64,000 nt of DNA from an uncultured Collinsella sp. (GTDB lineage: Bacteria; Actinomycetota; Coriobacteriia; Coriobacteriales; Coriobacteriaceae): NCBI GenBank assembly GCA_937980385.1, contig CALJPV010000005.1:87429-151428 (forward strand). The letters are read 5' to 3'. Position numbers and translations under genes: made by a program. Position 1 is the stretch's first letter; the number at the start of each line of letters is the position of its first letter. Shown piece after piece: positions 9,504 to 18,745 of the stretch. The notes beneath the pieces are model-generated. The model was not told the origin of the DNA, did not search any database, and saw only the letters and a program-made list of their open reading frames with translations.

Positions 9504-12413
9504 CTAATGGTAGTCGTTTGCATACGAACTATAGAAGAGCGCCTTGCAATCGACATCGCTGTAGCCCGTAACGGCATCCTGCACATCGGCGCGCAAGAGG
9601 TTAAGCACCTTGTATACGCCCCCTCCCATGTCCCCAACGAAAAGCACCTGCTTAAACACGTCGGGATACTCACGTAGATAGGCAACGTAACCCCTGAGCT
9701 TGGCAAGCGTGTCACTGAGGAAATCTCCGTGCGGGTCGACGATCGACGGTTTGATTGTCCCGTCGCCGTCCTTCACGAAGAAGAGGAAGTCTGGATGCAG
9801 GGCTTTGCGTCCCACCGAAGACATGTACGGAATCGAAAACGCCTTGGCAGACATGCTGCCCGACGGATTGCGGTAGAAGGCAACCGTGCGATTCTTTGCC
9901 AATTCGTTCCTAACGATATAGTCTTCCGCCGGGTTCAGGTCAAGCGGGCAGAGGCCGTCCTCTTTCTGCACGATATGGCACGGATACTTAGCGAAGTCAT
10001 CCGACGTGCTGGCAGACGTGGGCCACTCTATCTTTGTGAGGCGCTTGCCTTCGGTTTCACGGGCCAGCTCGTCGTAACGCTGCTTTGCCGAGTCGTTAAG
10101 GTAGTCATAATCGCCAGATCCATCGACCTTATCGAAGTATTCCTTTCGGCATTGAGCCGCCCAGCCCTCGAGCGCATCAACGATAGCCCGCGTGCGCACC
10201 GCCGCGGCAAGGCGCAGGTCGCACTCGGGGCGCCCAAGCTCCTTGAAGTTGACGCGACGATACTCATTCGCAAACTCCTTAGTGAAATGCATATCGGCGT
10301 CGCGGGCGGCCTTTCTGAGGCCCTCGGCGTCCGTGCGGGCTTCCTCCTGCTCCTGGTCCTCAGTCTCGTTGAGCTTGTCGAGCGTGATCTTGACGGTCTC
10401 GGCAACCTCTACGTCGTGTTTGGCTTCGCGGTACTCGTCCTCGTTAGCAACGATGTATCCCGTGAGCTTCTGGACGAACTGTTTTTTCACGTCGGCCGCG
10501 GCATTGACATCGAGGCCAGTCTCGACAAGCAGAGTCGCCGTCTTAACCAGGCTCTGGAATTCGTTTCTAGCCTTCTTCGGAATGCGCTGGACGGGGATGG
10601 AATCGAAGGCTGCGCGGATGCCCTGCCACTCCTGATGCGTGAAAGACTGCTCGCGTTTGGTGGGCGGTTTGGGCTTTGCCATGGGCACGGGTTTTACGAC
10701 CGAGACGGGCTGGGTCGGCTCGGTCTGTGTGGAACTTGGCTCAGGTGTCGCAGGTTGCTGCGGGGCAGACGCTGCAACGTAGTTGCCCGTTGCGGGCCGA
10801 GGCGCCAGCTCCGCTCCTAGCGCCGGGACGTCGACGGGCCTGGCCGCCGAGGCAAGCGAGGGCTGCGTTCCCTGCATGTCCAACGGCTCCTGAATCGCGA
10901 TGCCGACAAGCGGCGCCTGGTAGCCGGGTTGTGTCTGCCGCGCCGCCTCGATGGCCTTCTCGTTCTCCTCGTACGCCTTGAGCTCCTGTTGGTAGTCGGC
11001 TTCGGACTTGGGCGCAGCCGCCGTGATAGTCACGGGGTTGAGAACGATGTTCTGCTTGCCAATGGAGCTCTCGCCCATGTCGTCCTTGCGGCCCATGAGG
11101 TAGTCGACCACGTCCTGAGTGCTCTCGGGATTGAACTGGGGCAGGTAGCAGGCGACGGAGTTCAAAAGATCATCGGATTCGATGCGCCGCGCAAGTGGAG
11201 TGCGTACCATACGTCCCACGAGCTGTGCGATATAGGTCGAGTCCGAACGCCTGCGCTGCGAGAAGATGACCTCCGCTCGCGGGCAGTCCCATCCGTTGGA
11301 GACAGCCTCCTTGGCGAAGAGCACGCGAATGCGCGAGGCGTCCTGAACGAACTCGGGCTCGACATAGGGAATGAGGTATTTTCCCGCCGCGATGTCCTTA
11401 TGCTCGCCGAAGACGTTGGCGAACGACATCGCCTCGGAAAGGCCGGGGACCAGGCCCGTGATCTGGTCGCACATCTCAGCCAGGGCCGAGTTGCTCACGT
11501 TGTCCGCCGCTTGGATGAGCAGCAGCGGGTTGACGGGGCTCTCGCCCTCACGGGCACAGTACTCGCCCCATTCGCGGCAAGTCAGGGCATAGCGCTCGCA
11601 CGCCATAGTGAGGTACTGGTGCTCGACCGGGTCGTCCTTCTCTGGCACGCGCAACTCGATGATGTCCTTGAGCAGACCTGACTCCTGGACCTCGCGAGGG
11701 GTCACAGCGACCTTTGGCATACGTACGCGATCGGCGCGCTGGTCCATGGCCGCCTCGAACCTCTGCGGCGTGGCAGAGACCCCGACGACGATGGGCATCG
11801 CTGCACGGCCGTCGAGCCCATCAATGAGGCTGGCGTAGATCGTCGCGGTGCCGCGCTCGCTCGAGGCATTGGCCCCCAGACCGCGATGGGCCTCGTCTAT
11901 GAACAGATAGAGGTTACGCTCCGGGTCCCTGATGGTGCGGTCAAGGATGTCCCAGAACACGCGGCCGGAGTTGGCCTCACTACCCTTGGTGAGCAGGCCG
12001 TTCTTACTGAGTAGGTCCTTGCTGAGGAAATAGACGTGGCGCGGCTCGAGAATGTCGTGCGCGGCTCCGAAGTCGTTGGTAATTGTGACCAGGTGGCGCC
12101 TGTCAAGGATGCTGTCTGCCAGCTTGTCCGCCACGTTTGAGAAACGCACGCTCGTCTGCTCGTTCAGGCTCGGGGAATCCGAGAGCCAAAGAACGACGGC
12201 ATTCTCGTCGGGCATGAGGCTCAGATCGTCGTCTCCGAAGAAGAGCGCTTCGATCGTCGCTGCGCACATGACCGTTTTGCCCGATCCCGTGGGAGATGCG
12301 AGGCATATCGAGGACAGCTCGCCGTCCTGCTCGTAGCGTCGGCGCATCGACTGCAACTTGTTCGCCAGGGTCGCGACCGCACCGGCTTGGAAATCCTTAA
12401 GTTCGACTCTCAT
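9504..12413 (-). CDS. res: Type III restriction enzyme Res subunit (SF2 helicase plus C-terminal domain)
   Basis: Walker A PTGSGKT, DEAH box LFIDEAHRG, motif VI QLVGRMVRT; start ATG 12413 with GGTGAGGT RBS, 4 nt from mod stop (TAA 12416-12418); 970 aa; Pro-rich linker then ~330-aa C-terminal domain. Confidence 0.8.
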   Translation of the reverse strand: MRVELKDFQAGAVATLANKLQSMRRRYEQDGELSSICLASPTGSGKTVMCAATIEALFFGDDDLSLMPDENAVVLWLSDSPSLNEQTSVRFSNVADKLADSILDRRHLVTITNDFGAAHDILEPRHVYFLSKDLLSKNGLLTKGSEANSGRVFWDILDRTIRDPERNLYLFIDEAHRGLGANASSERGTATIYASLIDGLDGRAAMPIVVGVSATPQRFEAAMDQRADRVRMPKVAVTPREVQESGLLKDIIELRVPEKDDPVEHQYLTMACERYALTCREWGEYCAREGESPVNPLLLIQAADNVSNSALAEMCDQITGLVPGLSEAMSFANVFGEHKDIAAGKYLIPYVEPEFVQDASRIRVLFAKEAVSNGWDCPRAEVIFSQRRRSDSTYIAQLVGRMVRTPLARRIESDDLLNSVACYLPQFNPESTQDVVDYLMGRKDDMGESSIGKQNIVLNPVTITAAAPKSEADYQQELKAYEENEKAIEAARQTQPGYQAPLVGIAIQEPLDMQGTQPSLASAARPVDVPALGAELAPRPATGNYVAASAPQQPATPEPSSTQTEPTQPVSVVKPVPMAKPKPPTKREQSFTHQEWQGIRAAFDSIPVQRIPKKARNEFQSLVKTATLLVETGLDVNAAADVKKQFVQKLTGYIVANEDEYREAKHDVEVAETVKITLDKLNETEDQEQEEARTDAEGLRKAARDADMHFTKEFANEYRRVNFKELGRPECDLRLAAAVRTRAIVDALEGWAAQCRKEYFDKVDGSGDYDYLNDSAKQRYDELARETEGKRLTKIEWPTSASTSDDFAKYPCHIVQKEDGLCPLDLNPAEDYIVRNELAKNRTVAFYRNPSGSMSAKAFSIPYMSSVGRKALHPDFLFFVKDGDGTIKPSIVDPHGDFLSDTLAKLRGYVAYLREYPDVFKQVLFVGDMGGGVYKVLNLLRADVQDAVTGYSDVDCKALFYSSYANDYH

Positions 12414-12415
12414 GT

Positions 12416-14362
12416 TTACCTCACCGCATCCTCGGCGGCAATCTTGAACGATTGCAGGTAGTTCTCGTACAGGCGGACGACGTCGAGCCCAGGCAGTTGT
12501 GCCTTGACGGAGGCGTATCGAGCCGTGTCGTCCGTGATCACATAGGCGCACCCTATGCTGGCATTCTGCTTGACGGCGTCTATGAAAGCGCCGACCGAAG
12601 CAAAGTCGAAGAGGACGGCGTAGGCGTCGGCCATGGCAAAGCCCGGCTGCTCGTGCTTGATGATGCTGCCACGCGAACCAGCGCGCAGCCAGAGCAGGGG
12701 CGCGATCTCCTCGAAGGCCACGCCCAGCTCGACGGCGTCCGGGTCTTCGTAGGTGAGGTCAAAGAAGACGGCGTTTTCCTCGAAGCCGTCGGCCATGGGG
12801 AACTCGTCGGTGAACTTGTAGTCACCCTTGATGGAATCGCCCTCGGGCGTCTTGCCCGTGATGGCCGCCGTGACGCGTGGTTTGGTAACGTACTGGCAGA
12901 TGCCCAGCGCCTCCCATTCGGGGTCGCCCTGGCGAAGACCGCGCTTGGTGAGCTTTTTGGATTCGTCCTCGGAGACCTCGTTATTCGTTACGCTGATGGA
13001 GCGCCTGCGCCCGCCGTCCTGATGGTTCAAGCGCATGACGGCATGTGCCGTGGTGCCCGATCCTGAGAAGAAATCGACTACAAGGGCGTCGGGCTTGTCG
13101 GCAACAACGGAAGCGATTGAGAGCTCGGTCGCATAAAGGGACTTTGGAAATGTGAAGCGCCTATCGCCGATGAACTTTTTGATATATCGGCTCCCGTATT
13201 CACCGGCAGAGAACTGCGTGCCACTCCAAACAGTTGTTGGAATGGCAGAGCGCTCTCCCTGCTCTTCGAGAAGCAAGGACCCATCCTCAGCCTTGCCGAT
13301 GAGTTTTATTTCTCCATTCTTGAGACGCTCCTCTTGGGAATCTCCTAGGTAAAGGAGGGAGTACCGATCACTCTTTTTGTTGTACTCACCTACTTTTGCG
13401 CACCCGCGATCAAGCTTGGCCTGTAGAGCATTCTGGGAGATCCTCCAAGTCGCCTCTCGGCCATCGGTCCTAATAGGCCAAACTGCCCTGAGACCCGTTT
13501 TTGTCGGTATCTTTGTCCAGTCTTGTTCAAGGGGGAGAGAAGCGCCGAGCTCCTTAATTGTCGCGGTCTCCTCATCGATATAGATGGGATAGAAGAGGTT
13601 CGGCCTTGCGGTGCGAGCGGCATTGGGACCGCCCCTCAGCAGCCACTCCCAACGTACTTTACGTTGGGAGCGGCTGCTCGACGCGTCATCAGCCACTTTT
13701 TCCTCAAGTTCTCCGAACTCAACGGAATAGAGTCTGCGGTCCACTTGGCACGGCGCGGCGGTGCCAAAAAAGCAAAAGACAGCGTACTCGTCAGCTCTCT
13801 TGAACTGGTTGCCGCGGGCAACCCCGTTCTTGTTTATGGTGATTGAAACCGTCTGGATACCGGTCGCGTTGGGAAAAACGCTCTCTAAAAGAAGCTCAAG
13901 CCTTGCGTACTCCTTCTCGTCGATCGTCACGATGAGTACGGAATCGTTGGGGTTGAGCAGCTGCTTGGCGAGCTTGAGGCGGCGCTCCATGAAGGCAAGC
14001 CACTTGGAGTGGCGATAGGCGTCGGAGCCGTCGACGTAATCGTTGTTGTATTTCCAGTCGCGGGCGCCAGTGTTATAGGGTGGGTCAATATATATGCAGT
14101 CCACTTTGCCTGCATAGGCAAAGGCCAAGGTTTCAAGGGCATGGTAGTTTTCGCCGTTAATGACTACTTGATAGGGCTTATCGCCAGCGCGCTCGACACG
14201 CCCAGTCTCTTTGAGGCCAGCATAAATCGGCTGGTCATATTCAGCAACAGGCACGACATCGTCGACAGCAACGGAGCGGGGCTCACATTCGTTTTCGTCA
14301 TATGAGGGCGATTGATATGGCTTTAGATCAGCAACCCCCCCCGAACGGCATTTACCAACCAT
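12416..14362 (-). CDS. mod: Type III DNA methyltransferase Mod (beta-class N6-adenine MTase), as annotated from internal ATG; likely N-terminally incomplete in this frame
   Basis: DPPYNTG (motif IV) at residue ~96 followed later by FFSGSGTT (motif I), the Type III beta-class order; GENYHALETL...IYIDPPYN resembles EcoP15I-type Mod; no SD before ATG 14362; in-frame stop 14375-14377 just upstream. Confidence 0.8.
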   Translation of the reverse strand: MVGKCRSGGVADLKPYQSPSYDENECEPRSVAVDDVVPVAEYDQPIYAGLKETGRVERAGDKPYQVVINGENYHALETLAFAYAGKVDCIYIDPPYNTGARDWKYNNDYVDGSDAYRHSKWLAFMERRLKLAKQLLNPNDSVLIVTIDEKEYARLELLLESVFPNATGIQTVSITINKNGVARGNQFKRADEYAVFCFFGTAAPCQVDRRLYSVEFGELEEKVADDASSSRSQRKVRWEWLLRGGPNAARTARPNLFYPIYIDEETATIKELGASLPLEQDWTKIPTKTGLRAVWPIRTDGREATWRISQNALQAKLDRGCAKVGEYNKKSDRYSLLYLGDSQEERLKNGEIKLIGKAEDGSLLLEEQGERSAIPTTVWSGTQFSAGEYGSRYIKKFIGDRRFTFPKSLYATELSIASVVADKPDALVVDFFSGSGTTAHAVMRLNHQDGGRRRSISVTNNEVSEDESKKLTKRGLRQGDPEWEALGICQYVTKPRVTAAITGKTPEGDSIKGDYKFTDEFPMADGFEENAVFFDLTYEDPDAVELGVAFEEIAPLLWLRAGSRGSIIKHEQPGFAMADAYAVLFDFASVGAFIDAVKQNASIGCAYVITDDTARYASVKAQLPGLDVVRLYENYLQSFKIAAEDAVR

Positions 14363-14598
14363 AGCAGTTGGGAGCTAGAGTCCTCTTTTTTACCACGCTC
14401 GGGAAGCACCTGTACGACATCGCCCTCCATGATAGGTTTGCCATAAAGGCGAAGTCGCTCTGGACGGTTGTGTTCAAATACAAGCCCAAACTGGCGCTGC
14501 GCAGCAAAGGCGCGGATGTCGGCAGCGAGCTGACGATCGCCCAGCTTGACAGCGCGATCAACAAGGTTCTGAACGACCGCTTGCGCCGTCTGAGACAT
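14323..14598 (-). CDS. mod: 91-codon ORF that appears to be the true N-terminus of Mod, in the -1 frame relative to 12416-14362
   Basis: ATG 14596-14598 overlaps RHH stop (TGATG); LRLYGKPI resembles the h-x-h-x-GK motif of Type III Mod N-termini; its frame and the mod frame are both open only in the 49-nt window 14326-14374, which contains the G8 tract. Confidence 0.55.
   Translation of the reverse strand: MSQTAQAVVQNLVDRAVKLGDRQLAADIRAFAAQRQFGLVFEHNRPERLRLYGKPIMEGDVVQVLPERGKKEDSSSQLLWLVNAVRGGLLI
14335..14342 (-). repeat. G8 homopolymer tract (C8 on + strand) at the mod frame junction
   Basis: Read directly: gcaaCCCCCCCCgaacgg; +1 (G9) or -2 (G6) would fuse the N-terminal ORF to mod. Confidence 0.9.
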
Positions 14599-14765
14599 CA
14601 CTTCTCCCCCTTGCACTTCTCGTCAATCCATTCGCGCAGGACTTTAGCCACCGTCTTATCCTGGCGCGCGGCATAGGACTTAAGAGCCCGCTTATCCTCG
14701 CGGGTTATCGAGAGCGTGAACTTATCTAGCTCCCTTTCGGCATGAACAGCCTGATCTTCCTCCAT
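14598..14765 (-). CDS. ribbon-helix-helix (CopG-like) DNA-binding protein
   Basis: 55 aa MEEDQAVHAERELDKFTLSITREDKRALKSYAARQDKTVAKVLREWIDEK; GGAGGGG SD; stop overlaps next start. Confidence 0.6.
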   Translation of the reverse strand: MEEDQAVHAERELDKFTLSITREDKRALKSYAARQDKTVAKVLREWIDEKCKGEK

Positions 14766-14826
14766 GATCGCCCCTCCGAATTGACCTGTTCTACGTTCCT
14801 TAATTGACCGAAATCATTTTACTTCA

Positions 14827-14850
14827 GAATACGTAATTACGTAATTACGT
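14827..14850. promoter_or_regulatory. tandem overlapping palindromes TACGTAATTACGTAATTACGTA upstream of the RHH gene
   Basis: Perfect palindromic array in an AT-rich region ~60 nt upstream of the RHH start; candidate operator/promoter. Confidence 0.5.
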
Positions 14851-15200
14851 ATGCCAATTTGAGCCATGCATCACTCAATCACTAGTCAGTATTCGTTGAC
14901 GAATCGTTGGGGATAACGAATATATCGAGGTAGACAGTCGTTTTTACCGTCTGTGAGTACCAGCAAATCGATACTCAAAACGTCGTGAGTACATTTTGAG
15001 TACCAGTCCGAGCGGCCTCTTGCGGGCGGACGCGATCTGCCGGTCAGCATTAATTGAAATAAATTGATGGCGTTGCTTCGGTAATTGAAAACACTTTAAA
15101 AAATACCAGCAAACAATAATCCCAGCTAAACAGCTTGAGAGATTGCGTGGCTGGTTTGCATGTACCACATACACCACAATGCACAAGCATCCATGGCACG

Positions 15201-15238
15201 CAAATAAAAAACGAGGGAGGCCGCATCCAACCTCCCTC
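15201..15238 (-). terminator. rho-independent terminator of guaA
   Basis: GAGGGAGG...CCTCCCTC hairpin with U-tract on minus strand. Confidence 0.7.
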
Positions 15239-15253
15239 GCAAAGAGCTATTTA

Positions 15254-16852
15254 CTATTCCCACTCGATGGTCGCGGGCGGCTTGGACGTGATGTCGTAGC
15301 ACACGCGGTTGGCGCCGGGAACCTCGGCAACGATGCGGCCGGAGATGCGGGCCAGAACGTCATAGGGCAGCTTAGCCCAGTCGGCGGTCATGGCATCGCT
15401 GGACTCGACGGCACGCAGGATGATCGGGCGCTGATAGGTGCGCTCGTCGCCCATAACGCCGACGGACTTGATGTCGGGCAGGACCGCGAAATACTGCCAG
15501 CAGCTGTGCTCGGAGTTGCGCTCGCCGGTCTGCTCAAACAGACGCTGGTTGTAGGCGTCGAGCTCCTCGCGCACGATGGCGTCGGCGTTCTTGAGGATCT
15601 CGAGCTTCTCCTTGTCGACCGCGCCGATGATGCGGATGGCAAGACCCGGGCCCGGGAAGGGCTGACGGAACACGATGTGACCCGGCAGGCCCAGCGCCAG
15701 ACCAAGCGCGCGGACCTCGTCCTTAAAGAAGTGGTCGAGCGGCTCAATGAGGTCGAAGTGCACGCCCTCGGGGAACGGGATCAGGTTGTGATGGCTCTTG
15801 ATGGTGGCCGTCTTGCCGCCCGTCTTGCGAGCGCCGGACTCGATGATGTCGGGGTAGATGGTGCCCTGGGCCAGGTACTTGACCGGCTTGCCATCGGTCT
15901 CGAGCTGCTGCGCCACGGCGAAGAACTCTTTCCAGAACTGCGTACCGATGATGCGGCGCTTCTCCTCGGGCTCAGTCACGCCGGCCAGAAGCTCGGCATA
16001 GCGGTCCTCGGCGTGAACGTGAATAAAGTCGACATCGAACTGCTTGGTGAAGACCTCCTCCACCTGCTCGGGCTCGCCCTTGCGCAGCAGGCCGTGGTTG
16101 ATGAACACGCAGGTCATCTGCTTGCCCACGGCGCGGGCGCCCAGCGCGGCCACGACGGAGGAGTCGACGCCACCGGACAGGGCCAGAATCACGCGGTCGT
16201 CGCCGACCTTCTCGCGGAACTCGGCCGTCATGGTCTCGACCAGGTTGTCCATGCTCCAGTTGGGCTCCAGGCCACAGATCTCAAACAGGAAGTTGCTCAG
16301 CAGCTGCTGACCGTACTCGGAATGCTTGACCTCGGGGTGGAACTGCGTGGTGAAGATCTTGCGCTCGACGCACTCCATGGCGGCAACCGGGCACACGTCG
16401 GTGCTGGCGGTAACGGTAAAGCCCTCGGGCACCTCGGAAACGGCGTCGCGATGGCTCATCCACACGGTCTGCTCCATGGGCGTGGAGTTAAAGAGTTTGG
16501 CGCCGGCCGTGCGCGTGATGGTGGCGCGGCCGTACTCGCCCACCTCGGAGTGGCCGACCTTGCCGCCGAGCGTCACTGCCGTGATCTGATGGCCGTAGCA
16601 AAAGCCCAGAACGGGAAGGCCCAGGTCAAAGATGGCAGGGTCGATGGACGGAGCGTCCTCGGCATACACAGAAGCCGGGCCGCCGGAAAGGATGAGCGCA
16701 GAGGCGTTCATCTCGCGAATCTCGTCGGCCGAGATGTCGCAGGGAACGATCTCGGAATACACGTTGAGGTCGCGGACGCGACGGGCAATGAGCTGACCGT
16801 ACTGCGCACCAAAGTCGAGTACGAGGACCTTTGCGGAAGCCTTTTGATCCAT
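15254..16852 (-). CDS. guaA: GMP synthase (glutamine-hydrolysing)
   Basis: MDQKASAKVLVLDFGAQYGQLIARRVR... GATase plus ATP-PPase SGGVDSS motif; start ATG 16852 (ORF track extension upstream not used); 532 aa. Confidence 0.9.
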   Translation of the reverse strand: MDQKASAKVLVLDFGAQYGQLIARRVRDLNVYSEIVPCDISADEIREMNASALILSGGPASVYAEDAPSIDPAIFDLGLPVLGFCYGHQITAVTLGGKVGHSEVGEYGRATITRTAGAKLFNSTPMEQTVWMSHRDAVSEVPEGFTVTASTDVCPVAAMECVERKIFTTQFHPEVKHSEYGQQLLSNFLFEICGLEPNWSMDNLVETMTAEFREKVGDDRVILALSGGVDSSVVAALGARAVGKQMTCVFINHGLLRKGEPEQVEEVFTKQFDVDFIHVHAEDRYAELLAGVTEPEEKRRIIGTQFWKEFFAVAQQLETDGKPVKYLAQGTIYPDIIESGARKTGGKTATIKSHHNLIPFPEGVHFDLIEPLDHFFKDEVRALGLALGLPGHIVFRQPFPGPGLAIRIIGAVDKEKLEILKNADAIVREELDAYNQRLFEQTGERNSEHSCWQYFAVLPDIKSVGVMGDERTYQRPIILRAVESSDAMTADWAKLPYDVLARISGRIVAEVPGANRVCYDITSKPPATIEWE

Positions 16853-17120
16853 GGTATCCCCCTCTTGTTGGCGGGGAGCCGGTGCCCGCCCGCGCGAATA
16901 AACGAAAATTGCTTTCATAGTGTACACGTTATATGGGGTTTCTCGTCCCTCGCAGCCATCAGCGCACGGCAAACGCACGACCTGGACTCCTATTTGACGA
17001 CAATTGAAGTGTTACCAACCGTTACAGATGATGTAATACGTTTGAACATTCGACGCCCTGTGCCACAATACTGCCGAACGACTCCGCCTCTGTGGCGGCA
17101 AATACGATAGGAATACCAGC

Positions 17121-18134
17121 ATGAAGCGCATCCTTCTCATCGCCACGGGCGGCACCATCGCATCGACCGAGGACGGTAACGGCCTCTCCCCCGCCCTGAC
17201 CGGCGAGGAGCTCGCCCAGAGCGTCCCCGAGATTTCGGGCCTCTGCGAGCTCGACGTGGTGCAGCCCATGAACATCGACAGCACCAATATGCGCCCGAGC
17301 GACTGGATGCGCATCCGCGATGTCATCGTCGAAGGCTATGCCGATCACGACGGCTTCGTAGTCCTTCACGGCACCGACACCATGAGCTACACCGCGGCAG
17401 CGCTTTCCTATCTGATTCAGGACAGTCCCAAGCCCATCGTACTCACCGGCTCGCAAAAGCCCATGGGCAACCCCTTTACCGACGCCAAGCTCAACCTGTA
17501 CCAGAGCCTGCTCTATGCGCTCGACGAGCACTCGCACGACGTCTCGATCGTGTTTGGCGGCGTCACCATTGCCGGCACGCGCGCCCGCAAGCAGCGCACC
17601 ATGAGCTTTAACGCGTTCATTAGCGTCAACTATCCGCCCATTGCCTACATCCGCAACGACCGCATTGTGCGCAACGGTCTTCACGGCACGCACCAGAATG
17701 AGAGCCCGGTTCGTTTCTACGACAATATCGACCCGCGCGTGTTTGTCCTTAAGCTGACGCCCGGCGTGAACCCGGGTATCCTGGACGCCCTGGCCGATAG
17801 CTACGATGCCGTGATTCTGGAGACCTTTGGCATTGGCGGTATCCCCGAGTTTGGCGAGTCGGGCGAGACATTCCAAGAGGCGATTTTTCGCTGGGTCGAT
17901 TCGGGTCGCACCGTCGTTATGACCACGCAAGTCCCCGAAGAGGGCCTCGATCTGGGCGTTTATGAGGTCGGCCGTGCCTACGCCGATCATCCGGGCATTC
18001 TGCGCGGCGACGATATGACCACCGAAACGCTCGTGGCCAAGACCATGTGGGCGCTCGGCCAGTCACGCGATGCGGCCGAGATTCAGCGCCTGTTTTACAG
18101 CCAAGTCAACCACGACCGTATCCCGATGGCGTAG
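17121..18134 (+). CDS. ansA: L-asparaginase, type I
   Basis: MKRILLIATGGTIAS...HGTDTM motifs; 337 aa. Confidence 0.85.
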   Translation: MKRILLIATGGTIASTEDGNGLSPALTGEELAQSVPEISGLCELDVVQPMNIDSTNMRPSDWMRIRDVIVEGYADHDGFVVLHGTDTMSYTAAALSYLIQDSPKPIVLTGSQKPMGNPFTDAKLNLYQSLLYALDEHSHDVSIVFGGVTIAGTRARKQRTMSFNAFISVNYPPIAYIRNDRIVRNGLHGTHQNESPVRFYDNIDPRVFVLKLTPGVNPGILDALADSYDAVILETFGIGGIPEFGESGETFQEAIFRWVDSGRTVVMTTQVPEEGLDLGVYEVGRAYADHPGILRGDDMTTETLVAKTMWALGQSRDAAEIQRLFYSQVNHDRIPMA

Positions 18135-18452
18135 CTAAAACAAAATCCGCCTCTTTGGGCCTTGTAGGGCACGTGGTACCCCTCGGAACGTGCAAAAAGC
18201 GGAGTTTTCAGCATCCGCCCCTTCCGGGAACGTTAAAACCGCTGGCTGTAAATTGCCTTTCGACTCGAAAGACTCGTTCCGCGCGCTTGTTATTCCTCAT
18301 ATTATTGAATTTTGTGGATAATCCAAAACATTACGCGTCGTATTTGTGGCCCCGGCTGCCGTCAAATTATTGAGGGATGCTGAATACTCGCGTTTTTGCA
18401 CGCCGCCGTCGGGGGGACCCGTTCAACAAGCGGCAAATCTAGCAAAAAAGGC

Positions 18453-18669
18453 TACTCGATACCCTCGAGAAGCTCTGACACCGTCATGCCGAGTGCGGGC
18501 GCGATCTTAAATAGAACCTTGAGCGTGAAATTTGCCGTCCCATCTTCGATTCGGTCGAGTTAGGTCGGCTGATTCCTGTCGCCACACAAAAATCAACCTT
18601 GGAGATACCAAGGTCTCTGCGTGTCTCTTCGACCCGCCTGCCAAGAATCTGTTTCGCACGTTCGTCCAT
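18453..18669 (-). pseudogene. XRE-family HTH regulator with +1 frameshift (217 nt between start and in-frame-shifted stop)
   Basis: Frame A gives MDERAKQILGRRVEETRRDLGISKVDFCVATGISRP..., a second frame gives ...LDRIEDGTANFTLKVLFKIAPALGMTVSELLEGIE*; together a canonical ~72-aa XRE protein interrupted by one extra nucleotide near 18545-18560. Confidence 0.55.
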
Positions 18670-18698
18670 GCAGCCGAGTTTGAAATGGAGCCGAACAT

Positions 18699-18722
18699 AA
18701 ACGTAAACTATAGTTTACGTTT
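18699..18722. promoter_or_regulatory. perfect 24-bp palindrome AAACGTAAACTATAGTTTACGTTT between divergent XRE gene and 18746 gene
   Basis: Read directly; typical placement for an XRE operator. Confidence 0.6.
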
Positions 18723-18745
18723 TGCCGAATACACAGGAGTTTTCT

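Noticed and set aside
15143-17110. 655-aa + strand ORF
   Set aside because: Antisense to guaA; Gly/Ala/Leu-rich artefact.
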